UHGV virus genome: UHGV-0057547
Length of the DNA stretch: 64,000 nucleotides
DNA from: a virus
Reading direction: 5' to 3' (one strand)
Part shown: positions 10,290 through 19,841 of the stretch, piece after piece
Layout of the letters: every line of letters starts with the position of its first letter
Position numbering within the stretch: the first letter of the stretch is position 1
Translations under genes and position numbers: made by a program
The notes under the pieces: generated by a model
What the model was told of the DNA's origin: nothing
Seen by the model: only the letters and a program-made list of their open reading frames with translations
Database searches by the model: none

Positions 10290-11654
10290 ATGAAGTTTAA
10301 AGATTTAAATAAAATAAAAAATGGTATTGTGAAAATTGGAACTACAATAATATTGATATTTTCAATAAGTTTAAATTCTATTTTTATAAGTTTTGGAAAT
10401 ATTAATTATTCTAATAATACACAAATACAAATATTAAATGAGGTGAATGAAGAAGTGAAAACTCAAAACGGATTTACATTATTGGAAAATCAAAAAGATG
10501 TAAAAAATTGGTTAGCAAAACAAAAAGTGAGTAGAAAAATAACTAAATTACAAGTACATCATATGGATTTACCTAATTATTCTACATGGGAAAAGACAGA
10601 TAAAAAATTATTTTCTGAACCACATTTTGGAAGAACACAATCTTTAGATAGTTATGGAAAATCTAAATGGGGTAGTGGAGCTAGTGATGGACATGGTCAT
10701 CATATTGCCCAACATTTTAACATTTTCCCTGATGGAAAGATAACAACAGGTAGAAATCTTAATTCCACTCCAATTGGTATTAGAGGTTGGAACACAGGTG
10801 CAATTTGCATAGAGATATACGGATGTTTTGACAAGGGGCACGATAAAATGACATCTGCCCAAAAAGAAGCAGTGATTTATCTTTATGGTGAATTATGTAA
10901 GAGATTTGATATTCCAGTTAATACTACTCATATAAGACCACATTGTTGGTTTACTGCCGGTGGTACTTATCTTGGAAAATATAACCCTAATAGAAGTGCT
11001 AAAACTTGTCCAGGAACAAACTTTTGGGGAGTTGGATGTAGTCCTGAAGGCTTTGCTAAATTTATAGCAGATATTAAAAATTATGTCAATGGTAAAGGTA
11101 TTAAAGTTCCAGTTATTAAGAAAGTAGACAGAACAGGAGAAAAAGATGTACCTAATTATACAGTACAAGTAATAACAGACTCATTAAATGTAAGATATGG
11201 AGCTAGTACTAGTTATGATAAAATATATGCACTTAAAAAAGGTGAGAAAGTTGTAATAACACATGAGAAAGACGGATGGGGATTGATTCAAGGTGCTAAA
11301 GGTTGGATATCTTTAAATAATAAATATGTGAAAAAAGTTAAAGTTAAAAAAGACGATGAAGTAAAGAAAGATACCGATACAAAAAAAGATGAAGAAAAAA
11401 ATGAAACAACTTTTTATAGAGTTGTAACAGGTTCTTATTCAGATAGAGATAATGCTATAGCAGAACAAGATAAATTAAAGAAATTAGGATATGATGCATT
11501 CTTAGTTACTGCTGAAGTCAATAAAAAAATAATATTTAGAGTAGTAGCTGAATCTTTTAAAGATAAAAAAGAAGCTGAAAATTTAATGACACAATTGAAG
11601 AAAAAAGGTTATGACCCTTTTATAGTTATATATGTAAAAAATAATACAAATTAA
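10290..11654 (+). CDS. Cell-wall hydrolase (endolysin/exolysin): N-terminal signal-anchor, amidase-like catalytic domain, SH3b, two SPOR domains
   Basis: Hydrophobic segment at residues 14-35. Catalytic region has His/Cys-rich zinc-amidase-like motifs. SH3b-like 'VQVITDSLNVRYGAST..GEKVVITHEKDGWGLI'. Two SPOR-like repeats 'FYRVVTGSYSDRDNA...LGYDAFLV' and 'IFRVVAESFKDKKEA...GYDPFIV'. Confidence 0.65.
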   Translation: MKFKDLNKIKNGIVKIGTTIILIFSISLNSIFISFGNINYSNNTQIQILNEVNEEVKTQNGFTLLENQKDVKNWLAKQKVSRKITKLQVHHMDLPNYSTWEKTDKKLFSEPHFGRTQSLDSYGKSKWGSGASDGHGHHIAQHFNIFPDGKITTGRNLNSTPIGIRGWNTGAICIEIYGCFDKGHDKMTSAQKEAVIYLYGELCKRFDIPVNTTHIRPHCWFTAGGTYLGKYNPNRSAKTCPGTNFWGVGCSPEGFAKFIADIKNYVNGKGIKVPVIKKVDRTGEKDVPNYTVQVITDSLNVRYGASTSYDKIYALKKGEKVVITHEKDGWGLIQGAKGWISLNNKYVKKVKVKKDDEVKKDTDTKKDEEKNETTFYRVVTGSYSDRDNAIAEQDKLKKLGYDAFLVTAEVNKKIIFRVVAESFKDKKEAENLMTQLKKKGYDPFIVIYVKNNTN

Positions 11655-11668
11655 GGAGAAGATAAGAT

Positions 11669-11947
11669 ATGATAGATTTAAATATTTTAACAAATTATGT
11701 AGTTTTACTAGTGGTAGGAATTTGTGTGTGTATAGGATATATACTTAAAAATAGTTGTCCTAAACTAGATAATAAATATATACCACTTATAATGGGATTA
11801 TTAGGATTGGTACTTAATATTTGGTTAAGCAATTGGCAAATTAGTGGTGAAATAGTATTAGGTGGATTATTCAGTGGATTAGCTAGCGTTGGATTGCACC
11901 AGTCATTTAAACAATTAATAAATGGAAACAAAAAAGAAGATAAATAA
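11669..11947 (+). CDS. Holin (phi-LC3 / LL-H family-like)
   Basis: 92 aa with two or three TM helices. Motif GLASVGLHQ. Directly downstream of the lysin. RBS AAGGAGAAG. Confidence 0.65.
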   Translation: MIDLNILTNYVVLLVVGICVCIGYILKNSCPKLDNKYIPLIMGLLGLVLNIWLSNWQISGEIVLGGLFSGLASVGLHQSFKQLINGNKKEDK

Positions 11948-11950
11948 TAA

Positions 11951-11990
11951 AAAGGCTAGAGAAAATAATCTCTAGCCTTTAATTTTTTTA
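11951..11990. terminator. Bidirectional rho-independent terminator at the strand switch
   Basis: GGCTAGAG / CTCTAGCC stem flanked by A-run and T-run. Lies between convergent genes ending at 11947 (+) and 12000 (-). Confidence 0.7.
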
Positions 11991-11999
11991 TAATATTTT

Positions 12000-12239
12000 T
12001 TATTTAAAACTTAATACAATATCATGTGATTTTATGATTCTATTATCTTTGTATTTATCTCTAATTTCATCAGTACTATTATATATTCTCACATTGTTAG
12101 TAGTTTCAGTTAAATCTATAGTGATAGCTTTTTGCTTAACATAATCCCATCCGATTAATAAATATCTATCTCCATCTATAATTATATCACCACTAGTAGC
12201 TAAATCTCCTTTAGGATAGTTTTTCTTTTTAATTTCCAT
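12000..12239 (-). CDS. Hypothetical protein
   Basis: 79-aa ORF, RBS GGAGGG. Confidence 0.4.
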   Translation of the reverse strand: MEIKKKNYPKGDLATSGDIIIDGDRYLLIGWDYVKQKAITIDLTETTNNVRIYNSTDEIRDKYKDNRIIKSHDIVLSFK

Positions 12240-12242
12240 GTG

Positions 12243-12929
12243 TTATCCCTCCTTTATTCTTATATAATCTTTTAAATACATCCATTTAAATCCTTTGTGT
12301 TTTTTTAATTTACCGTTGCAACATCTGTTTATATGAGAAGCATAACCATTAACATCTCTCGAAGCTTCAGCTAAACTTTCATATATACATATAAATTCAT
12401 TTTCTAATGAAAGTTTTACAACTTTTATTTTATTTGGATTGTTTTCTCTACAATACCTTCCTTTTAATGTATTTGATATTTTTTCTTTTTGTTCCTGTGT
12501 TTTTGCTTTACCTTTATTAGCATTTGATATCTTTTTATTTCTTTCAACATTTCCCCATACATTTATTTTATTATGTTTATCCCACTCTTCTCCATATGCT
12601 AAACTACATTGACATTGTCCTATTGACCAATAATATTTTTGAAGTTCATATTCAAATTTTAAAGCATCTTGTTCATTTTTAAATTCTTGAACCACTTCAA
12701 TATTATAATTATAATTTATACTTTTTACATATTCTAGCCATACTTCATTCCTTCTACTTTTACCTTCTTCCAGTTTTCTATCATAGTTTTTACGTTCATT
12801 ATTAATTGTACCTTTTCCTACATAAAAAACTTCTTTAGTTTCTTTATTAATATATTTATACACATAATATGTTTTATTCATTTTTATCAACTCTAGGGTA
12901 TGGGTTTTTACAACAAAAATCGCCTTCAT
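12243..12929 (-). CDS. GIY-YIG homing endonuclease, free-standing, overlapping the 3' end of thyX
   Basis: YYVYKYI...FYVGKGT motif. C-terminal CCNGKLKKHKGFKWMY module. The start may be the ATG at 12881; the longer start at 12929 has a good RBS inside thyX. Confidence 0.7.
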   Translation of the reverse strand: MKAIFVVKTHTLELIKMNKTYYVYKYINKETKEVFYVGKGTINNERKNYDRKLEEGKSRRNEVWLEYVKSINYNYNIEVVQEFKNEQDALKFEYELQKYYWSIGQCQCSLAYGEEWDKHNKINVWGNVERNKKISNANKGKAKTQEQKEKISNTLKGRYCRENNPNKIKVVKLSLENEFICIYESLAEASRDVNGYASHINRCCNGKLKKHKGFKWMYLKDYIRIKEG

Positions 12930-13620
12930 TGCATTTACCTCTTACACAATCTGCACCAGCATATTTAAATAAAGTAGGTGCTACTTCTTTACATAATCTT
13001 AACATTTCATTAGCTAGTTCACATATAGGTTCTTGTGCTCTATGGCAACATCTTTTATTAAAGAAATGTAATAATTCTCTTACATTCATAGTCATTACCA
13101 TTTTAGTTTCACAAGCATTAGGCAACATTCCTCTTGCATTTTCATTTGCTACTTTTTCTGCATTCATACCATTAGTTGGATAATCATTTATTTCTACATA
13201 TTCTTTTATTATTTTTTGCCATTTAATATACTTGTCTAATATCTCCATCATATCTTCATGCCATTCATCTGCCATATCCATCTCTTTTACCACATTAGGT
13301 GTAGTGTGTTTAAATGTTTCATCAAGATTAACATATCTTTGAGATTGTTGACTATATGAAGCCACTCTGTGACGGACAATTTGATGTGAAATTGTTCTAT
13401 CAATTCCTTCAATAGCAAATGTAAACGAAACATGTTCTAATGGGCTATCGTGACCTATTTCAATTAAATGTGCTAAAAATTTTTCTATTTTTTCAGGAGT
13501 AAGTTTCTCCATTATTTCATCTACACCAACTTTACTATAACATAATTTTGCAGATTGGGCAATTACTTCTTCAGGATTTGGTGTATGTGCTAATATTTTT
13601 ACTTTTAATAAATCATTCAT
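12874..13620 (-). CDS. thyX: Flavin-dependent thymidylate synthase ThyX
   Basis: ThyX signature RHRxxSxxxxSQRY present as HQIVRHRVASYSQQSQRY. Confidence 0.85.
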   Translation of the reverse strand: MNDLLKVKILAHTPNPEEVIAQSAKLCYSKVGVDEIMEKLTPEKIEKFLAHLIEIGHDSPLEHVSFTFAIEGIDRTISHQIVRHRVASYSQQSQRYVNLDETFKHTTPNVVKEMDMADEWHEDMMEILDKYIKWQKIIKEYVEINDYPTNGMNAEKVANENARGMLPNACETKMVMTMNVRELLHFFNKRCCHRAQEPICELANEMLRLCKEVAPTLFKYAGADCVRGKCNEGDFCCKNPYPRVDKNE

Positions 13621-13667
13621 ATATTTCTCTCTCCTATCAAATTATATTATATTATATTATTATTTAT

Positions 13668-13787
13668 TTATTTTCTTTTTCTTCTATTTCTTTTTGCATT
13701 TCTTTTTTTACTACTTCTTTGTACATTGTTTAATAATATTTGAAAAGTATATCTAGCTCTATCCATTCCTTGTAATTCGTTTGACAT
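13668..13787 (-). CDS. Small basic protein (39 aa), not in ORF track
   Basis: RBS GGAGTTGG, 7 nt, ATG. Product MSNELQGMDRARYTFQILLNNVQRSSKKRNAKRNRRKRK. Confidence 0.25.
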   Translation of the reverse strand: MSNELQGMDRARYTFQILLNNVQRSSKKRNAKRNRRKRK

Positions 13788-13814
13788 ATTTACCAACTCC
13801 TTTATTAATCATTT

Positions 13815-13852
13815 ACTTATATTATACTATTATTCTTGTTAAAAGTAAAGTA
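13815..13852 (-). promoter_or_regulatory. Consensus promoter repeat (TTTACT-N17-TATAAT)
   Basis: -10 at 13821-13826 and -35 at 13844-13849 on the minus strand, spacer 17. Confidence 0.55.
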
Positions 13853-13855
13853 TTT

Positions 13856-14161
13856 TTATATTAACATTGCAAATCTTGATATTTCAAAACCATTTAAGTA
13901 ATATGTGAATTCATATATTTTCAATCCATCTATTCTTTTTTCTTCTTTAGTATGTAAACTTAATGGATACATAGTTAAACTTTGCATTTTTTCTTTTAAC
14001 TCATTAGCAAAATGAAATAATTCTTCTTTCTTCCATTCTGTAAATTTATTAGTATCATAACATATTGATTCACATCTTAATATTCTTTCATTAAAATATT
14101 TTATCTCAATATCTACAAAATCCATTAACTTATTTCTATCATTATTATATTCGTCTCCCAT
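13856..14161 (-). CDS. Hypothetical protein
   Basis: 101-aa ORF, RBS AGGAGGG. Confidence 0.4.
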   Translation of the reverse strand: MGDEYNNDRNKLMDFVDIEIKYFNERILRCESICYDTNKFTEWKKEELFHFANELKEKMQSLTMYPLSLHTKEEKRIDGLKIYEFTYYLNGFEISRFAMLI

Positions 14162-14173
14162 TAATACCCTCCT

Positions 14174-14623
14174 TTATATATCATCATTATATTTAAGACA
14201 ATTGATACCCCTTAAAGAAGCTAATTTCTTACTTAATGGTGCATCATAATCTTCTAAATATATTATTGTAGTTATACCACTGTTAATAATTGCTTTCATA
14301 CAATTGACACATGGAAAAGTTGTTACATAAAGAGTAGCACTTTCGCAAGATACCCCTACTTTAGCACATTGTAAAATTGCATTCATTTCTGCATGGACTG
14401 CAAAACAAGTATCTAAATTTTCTCCACTTTTACTTTCTTTTCTTATACAGTAACCTTTATCACAACAAGGTTCTATACCTTGTGGTGAGCCATTATATCC
14501 TGTTGCTAATATCCTTTTATCTTTTACTATTACTGCTCCTACTTGCCTAGATAAACAACTAGAACGTTTAGCTATGTCTAAACATACAGTCATAAAATAT
14601 TCTTCCCATGTTAATCTTCGCAT
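14174..14623 (-). CDS. dCMP deaminase (cytidine/deoxycytidylate deaminase family)
   Basis: Zinc-binding motifs HAEMNAI and PCVNCMKAI. Confidence 0.8.
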   Translation of the reverse strand: MRRLTWEEYFMTVCLDIAKRSSCLSRQVGAVIVKDKRILATGYNGSPQGIEPCCDKGYCIRKESKSGENLDTCFAVHAEMNAILQCAKVGVSCESATLYVTTFPCVNCMKAIINSGITTIIYLEDYDAPLSKKLASLRGINCLKYNDDI

Positions 14624-14639
14624 TCAATCATCTCCTTTG

Positions 14640-14675
14640 TTTATATTATACTATTAATATTATTAAAAGTAAATA
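14640..14675 (-). promoter_or_regulatory. Consensus promoter repeat
   Basis: -10 at 14645-14650, -35 at 14668-14673, spacer 17. Confidence 0.55.
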
Positions 14676-14706
14676 AAATCCTAAGAAAAAATTCTTAGGA
14701 TTTTTT
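14676..14706 (-). terminator. Rho-independent terminator
   Basis: AATCCTAAGAA/TTCTTAGGATT stem plus T-run, directly downstream of the permease gene. Confidence 0.6.
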
Positions 14707-14708
14707 AA

Positions 14709-15887
14709 TTATTTCAATTCTTTGTGATTTAAGATTATATTTAATATAATTCCAATTATAGCAGATAACGCTAAAGAAGATAATACTACAGTTCCTAATG
14801 TTAATGTAAATCCACCTAGTCCTATAATTAACATGATTATTATAATAATTATATGTTTTATAGATTCATATGATTTGTTATCTTTTAATGACTTCATACC
14901 AACCCAAGCTATCATAAAATAAAGTTGTAAACTAATTGCTCCTACCACAAAACTAGGGATTGATTGTAGTGTTCCACTAAAATAACCACACAAAGATAAG
15001 ATTATAGCTAATATACCTGCCCTTCTAGTTAACTTGCTATCATATTGTTTTGTTAAAGCTAATACCGAAGTTGATTCTCCATAAGTAGTATTTCCTACAC
15101 TTCCAAATAATCCTCCTAAAGCAGTAGCTAAACCATCTCCAATTAATGTTTTATGCAAACCAGGGTTTTCTATGAAATTTTTATTAGTAACAACGCTTAA
15201 TGTAGTTATATCTCCTATATGTTCCAAGCAAGTTACTAATGCGACAGGGGCAATAATCATAATTGCCGTTAAATCAAATTTAGGTAATACTATACTAGGT
15301 AACATTATACTTTGTGATTGTGTTACAATAGAAAAATCAACTAAACCACATGAAATAGATATTACATATCCAACTAATAATGCTATCATTATTCCTAATT
15401 GTTTTAATAATCTTTTTCCAAATAATAGAATTAATAATGATATACTTAAAGATATTATAGCTATCAATACATTTCCTTGTATATTTGTTATAGCACTAGG
15501 AACTAAAGATAATCCAATTATTATTATCATTGTCCCTGTTATATGAGGTGGCAATATTTTATTAATTTTGTTTACCCCTATCTTATAGATTAATAGTGCA
15601 AATACAATATATATTAATCCTACTATTATAAATCCACCACAACTATATTCATAACCATATTGTGAGACAATCATGGACATAGGAGTTATAAAAGCAAAAC
15701 TAGAGCCTAAGAATGCCGGTACTTTATTTTTTGTAATAAAACCAAATAACAAAGTACCAACGCCAGCAGTGAATAACGCAGTAGATGGAGGAAATCCAAC
15801 CAATAATGGCACGAGCGTAGTTGCTCCTACACAAGCCAATAATATTTGTAAGCTTAATAACCATTCTTTTATATTTTGTTTTTTCAT
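14709..15887 (-). CDS. uraA: Uracil permease (NCS2 family, UraA/PyrP-like)
   Basis: 12-14 TM. Strong resemblance to UraA blocks (GATxLVPxL...GxGTLLFxxITKxKxPAxLGSSFAFIxP and TTYGEsxxVxAxT). Confidence 0.8.
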   Translation of the reverse strand: MKKQNIKEWLLSLQILLACVGATTLVPLLVGFPPSTALFTAGVGTLLFGFITKNKVPAFLGSSFAFITPMSMIVSQYGYEYSCGGFIIVGLIYIVFALLIYKIGVNKINKILPPHITGTMIIIIGLSLVPSAITNIQGNVLIAIISLSISLLILLFGKRLLKQLGIMIALLVGYVISISCGLVDFSIVTQSQSIMLPSIVLPKFDLTAIMIIAPVALVTCLEHIGDITTLSVVTNKNFIENPGLHKTLIGDGLATALGGLFGSVGNTTYGESTSVLALTKQYDSKLTRRAGILAIILSLCGYFSGTLQSIPSFVVGAISLQLYFMIAWVGMKSLKDNKSYESIKHIIIIIIMLIIGLGGFTLTLGTVVLSSLALSAIIGIILNIILNHKELK

Positions 15888-15946
15888 TATACCAAATCCT
15901 TTCTCTATCTCTCATGGATAGAATTAAAATTATTTATTATATTATT

Positions 15947-16321
15947 TTAATCTAAAACATACCATTTATCATTAATTTCATCAAATGTAAATAAATTATC
16001 ATTACAACGATAATATGTTTTACTATCGTAATATACAGCCATTACCTCATTTTCTGATAAACAATATGCAATTTTACTATCTACACTTTGTATCACATAC
16101 CCATCTTTAAATGCCTTAAATGCTTCAGTAAAATCATACTCTTTCTTTTCTAATTCAAGTTCCAAATCATCAGGAATAGTATTAATTCTATAAACATTAT
16201 AGATTAACCCAAATTCAATTCCATTTTCTGTTTTTGTAATATATCTTATATCACTTTTATCATCAACACTTTTATACTTTTCACCAACTTTTATATTATT
16301 GATAACATCTATAAATTTCAT
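15947..16321 (-). CDS. Hypothetical protein
   Basis: 124-aa ORF, RBS GGAGGGA. Confidence 0.4.
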   Translation of the reverse strand: MKFIDVINNIKVGEKYKSVDDKSDIRYITKTENGIEFGLIYNVYRINTIPDDLELELEKKEYDFTEAFKAFKDGYVIQSVDSKIAYCLSENEVMAVYYDSKTYYRCNDNLFTFDEINDKWYVLD

Positions 16322-16349
16322 ATTATCCCTCCTTTAAAATATTATTTAT

Positions 16350-16865
16350 TTATTTCATATTACCTTTTATTACATTCATAATATTTTTCATGTCATTATT
16401 AGTAAAAGTAAAATAATTAATATTATTAGATTCTAATATATGTTGTGTTATATTATCTATTTCTATAGCCTTTTCTTCATTTTGAAGTCTACCATTTTCT
16501 TGATATACTGTTTGTCTTCTTAATAAGAAATTAAGATTATTATATTGATTAAATGTTTTTAAGCATAAATCACATAATTCCTTATTATCTTGATTATAAG
16601 CATTAGTTAAAAGTATTGGTCTATCAGTAACTATTATATCAACTTTTCCATTAACTCTAAATAATCTATGATTTTGTTTAGCAAATATATATAGTTCATC
16701 TTTAAAAGTTTCACCTCTCCTTTCCCATACAAGGTCTTTAGCAAATTCAGTAACCATCTCACAGTCATATCCTTCGGTTTTAAGTTCTGCAAATATTTTA
16801 GCCATAAGAGTAGATTTACCAACTCCAGCACCACCAAATAAATTAACCACTAGAGTGTTTTTCAT
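16350..16865 (-). CDS. P-loop NTPase, possible (d)NMP kinase
   Basis: Walker A NLFGGAGVGKSTL at the N-terminus; 171 aa. Confidence 0.45.
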   Translation of the reverse strand: MKNTLVVNLFGGAGVGKSTLMAKIFAELKTEGYDCEMVTEFAKDLVWERRGETFKDELYIFAKQNHRLFRVNGKVDIIVTDRPILLTNAYNQDNKELCDLCLKTFNQYNNLNFLLRRQTVYQENGRLQNEEKAIEIDNITQHILESNNINYFTFTNNDMKNIMNVIKGNMK

Positions 16866-16990
16866 TGTTCATCCCACCTTTTATAAAAATAAAATATATT
16901 AATATAATACTTATTTACATTTTCTTATGTCAATAGTTTTAATAAATCTTCTACACATAATATTCCACCAAATTCTTTCTCTATCTCTAT

Positions 16991-17749
16991 TTAATCAGTT
17001 ATCTCTACCTCATATTTATATAATGCTTCATATAATTTATTTGGTATTTTATCTTTATATTTATCAGCAACTTCTTTAATTCCTTTTTCTTTAAATTGTT
17101 TGTATACTTGAAATGCTTCTTCTTTAGTTTGATAACGTCCTAAATGCTTACCCTTATAGCTACTCGCATACTTATTGTCTTTTGTTTCATATACACCTAT
17201 TGGACATTTACCTCTTCGCTTTTTATTTGTTTCAAAAGATTTGTTGATGCTACTTGGAATAAAAACACACGTTTCAGGAGAGTATATTTTATTACCTTTT
17301 ATTAAAATATCTTTATCTAATTCCATTTTCTCTCTTTCTATTTCATAATAATTTTCATAAAACCATTTAGCATAATTTTGGAAACATAAAAATTCGTCAC
17401 AAACTTTACAATCTTTATAAGCAGGTTCTTTTATTAAATATTTTTTATTATAACATCTTTTTAACATTGATAACCATTTGGAAAATGCAACAGTTATCTT
17501 TTTATCAATATAAGTTGGAAAATTACCTTCTCCTAAATATCCTACTCCATAATATCTAGGCTCATATGGACACAACACTGCTCCTTTACTAAAATTTTTA
17601 TATGTTTTACAATAAGCAATATAATTATATTTAGGAAACAATATATCTACATCATTTCTTCCTTTACATTTTATTATTATCATCTTGCTTCCAAAATTAT
17701 TATAATTAACTTCTCCTGTTCTATCTTTAAACCAACCTTTACTTGGCAT
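16991..17749 (-). CDS. HNH-type homing endonuclease with C-terminal AP2-like DNA-binding domain
   Basis: N-terminal NFGSKMIII...GAVLCPYEPRYYGVGY motif shared with 56215..56985. C-terminal GVYETKDNKYASSYKGKHLGRYQTKEEA (AP2-like). Confidence 0.55.
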   Translation of the reverse strand: MPSKGWFKDRTGEVNYNNFGSKMIIIKCKGRNDVDILFPKYNYIAYCKTYKNFSKGAVLCPYEPRYYGVGYLGEGNFPTYIDKKITVAFSKWLSMLKRCYNKKYLIKEPAYKDCKVCDEFLCFQNYAKWFYENYYEIEREKMELDKDILIKGNKIYSPETCVFIPSSINKSFETNKKRRGKCPIGVYETKDNKYASSYKGKHLGRYQTKEEAFQVYKQFKEKGIKEVADKYKDKIPNKLYEALYKYEVEITD

Positions 17750-19163
17750 TGTTAATCCTCCATTCTTTTAATATATCCTCAGCACATAAAATTCCTTGAC
17801 TACATGCAGTTGTTAAACCACGCCCCATTCCACTACAATCACCTATAAAATATATATTAGAATTAGAACTTTTACCATATTTATCTATCAATACTTTATT
17901 ACTATGGAATTTCGCTTCCAATCCATATAGCAATGTATTATCTCCATTTATACCTGGTACTATCTTATCTAATTCTTCTATAAATTCTAATATAGTTACT
18001 AATGTTCTATATGGTATAGAACTTGTTAAGTCACCTTTGTATACATTTGCAGTAGGTATTATATCTAATTCTCTTATTCTTTCTTCGGTACTTCTTCTAT
18101 TTAGTTTAATATCTTTTAAACTTTGAAGTATAACGCTTCCTTTTCCTAAAGAATTTGTTGCTTGGATTATTGTATAGGCATAATCCTCTAAAGGATTTTC
18201 TAAGTCTTCATTAAAATTTCTACTAACTAATATTGCAAAGTTTGTATTATCTGATTTCTTATCTGCATAAGCATGACCATTAGCAGTAAATAATTTTTTA
18301 TCACCATGAGAATAACTTTCTACAGTTACAAATCCACTAGGATTTGTGCAAAACATTCTTGATTTATCTCCAAAACTTCCTTGAAAATATATTTTACATT
18401 CATAAAAATTATCGTTTAATCTTTTCATTACTTTATTAGGTACTTCTATTCTAACTCCCATATCTACCCTACCATTCTTATAATCTATGGCATTATTTTC
18501 ACATATTTCTTTTACTAGTTTATTGCCAGTTCTTCCCATCGCTACTATTATTTTATCAAATATAAAAGTTTTATATTCTTTATTTTGCAAACAATATACA
18601 TATTTATCCTTAACAGTAAATACTTCACATTCACTAATTATTTCTACTCCATGTTCTTCTAAAAAATACAACATTCTTTTATATACTGTTCTGCTATTCT
18701 CTGTTCCTAGATGAATTGTAATACAATCGCCTATATCTAATTTAGGATTATCTTTAATTATTTGCATTATTTCTTTTGCTTCTTCAGTATGTTCTTTTCC
18801 ATATGCTTTAGATTTAAATTCTTCTATTCCAAATTGTTGATATATTTCATAAGTCTTTTTTAAATATTTAGTTATCTCTTCTTCGGTCATTAATTCAGCC
18901 ATATCTCCTCCTACTCTACCTGTAGTATCAAAGTTAAGTTTGCTATCTGAAAAACTTCCAGCTCCACCACAACCATGTGTTATAGAACATATTTTACATT
19001 TTTTACAAGATGTGTCAGCAGTTACAAAACATTTTCTTTTATCTATTGTCTTTCCTTTTTCTAACATTGTTATATTAGCACCATCAAATCCATTATTGAT
19101 TAATTCTATTGCTGTAAAAATTCCTGAAGCACCAGTTCCAATTATTCCTATATTATTATACAA
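17739..19163 (-). CDS. FAD-dependent oxidoreductase (COG2509-like)
   Basis: N-terminal GxGxxG (IIGTGASGIFTA) dinucleotide fold. Cys cluster CKKCKICSITHGCGGAG; 474 aa. Confidence 0.5.
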   Translation of the reverse strand: MYNNIGIIGTGASGIFTAIELINNGFDGANITMLEKGKTIDKRKCFVTADTSCKKCKICSITHGCGGAGSFSDSKLNFDTTGRVGGDMAELMTEEEITKYLKKTYEIYQQFGIEEFKSKAYGKEHTEEAKEIMQIIKDNPKLDIGDCITIHLGTENSRTVYKRMLYFLEEHGVEIISECEVFTVKDKYVYCLQNKEYKTFIFDKIIVAMGRTGNKLVKEICENNAIDYKNGRVDMGVRIEVPNKVMKRLNDNFYECKIYFQGSFGDKSRMFCTNPSGFVTVESYSHGDKKLFTANGHAYADKKSDNTNFAILVSRNFNEDLENPLEDYAYTIIQATNSLGKGSVILQSLKDIKLNRRSTEERIRELDIIPTANVYKGDLTSSIPYRTLVTILEFIEELDKIVPGINGDNTLLYGLEAKFHSNKVLIDKYGKSSNSNIYFIGDCSGMGRGLTTACSQGILCAEDILKEWRINNAK

Positions 19164-19189
19164 TATATCATCTCCAATCTAATGTCTTT

Positions 19190-19228
19190 AATGTTATTAT
19201 ACTAAATCAATTATAAAAAGTCAACAAT
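19190..19228 (-). promoter_or_regulatory. Consensus promoter repeat (TTGACT-N17-TATAAT)
   Basis: -10 at 19197-19202, -35 at 19220-19225, spacer 17. Confidence 0.55.
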
Positions 19229-19260
19229 TTTATAAAAAAATAGGAAGAAAATTTCTTCCT
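19228..19260 (-). terminator. Repeated terminator hairpin AATAGGAAGAA/TTCTTCCTATT
   Basis: Downstream of dut. Same hairpin recurs at 54.15, 55.31 and 59.51 kb. Confidence 0.6.
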
Positions 19261-19271
19261 ATTTTATATTG

Positions 19272-19841
19272 TTATCTACTTGATGTCGTCCCAAAGCCCC
19301 CTCTATTTTCTGTACCTAAATCATCAGTTTCATTAAATTCAATAGTTGGTGGAATTTGACATATCTCCATTTGACATATTTTGTCACCTTTTTTAATCCA
19401 CGTTCCACTTACAGTTACTTTGTGTCCATTTATTATAACTTTTTCAGTTTGTTTTGCCATAGTACATTGACAAGGATACATATAAACGTCTTCATTCCCG
19501 CAGTATGAATTATCAATTATTGCGACGTGATTGGTTTGTATTATCCCCCACGTTTTAAAAGTTGAACTTCTAGGATATAATTTAGCCATATAACCTTCAG
19601 GTAATTTTAATGAAAATCCTAGAGATACTAATGCTTGACCCATATAAGGAATAAATACATCTTCATATGCATATAAATCTATAAAGTCACCTTTTGATAT
19701 TTTTAATAATTTATTAGCACCTTCTAAATATTTTATATCTGCTTTTAAAGTTTTAGTATCTTCAGAAGTATCATCTATAATATCTTCTCCTTTTGTATCT
19801 TTTAATCCTTTAAAATATTTATTTAAATCTATATTTTCCAT
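19272..19841 (-). CDS. dut: dUTP diphosphatase (trimeric dUTPase)
   Basis: Motifs PRSS (motif 2), GIIDNSYCGE (motif 3), C-terminal RGGFGTT (motif 5). Confidence 0.8.
   Translation of the reverse strand: MENIDLNKYFKGLKDTKGEDIIDDTSEDTKTLKADIKYLEGANKLLKISKGDFIDLYAYEDVFIPYMGQALVSLGFSLKLPEGYMAKLYPRSSTFKTWGIIQTNHVAIIDNSYCGNEDVYMYPCQCTMAKQTEKVIINGHKVTVSGTWIKKGDKICQMEICQIPPTIEFNETDDLGTENRGGFGTTSSR

Noticed and set aside
16350-16865. Considered calling this P-loop protein thymidylate kinase or T4-like dNMP kinase
   Set aside because: Only the Walker A motif can be matched with confidence. No family-specific motifs were recognised, so it is kept as a generic P-loop NTPase.
12874-19841. dCMP deaminase and a uracil importer suggested a deoxyuridine-containing genome (PBS1-like)
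   Set aside because: An intact ThyX and an intact dUTPase with all motifs are present, which argues for a normal dT genome.
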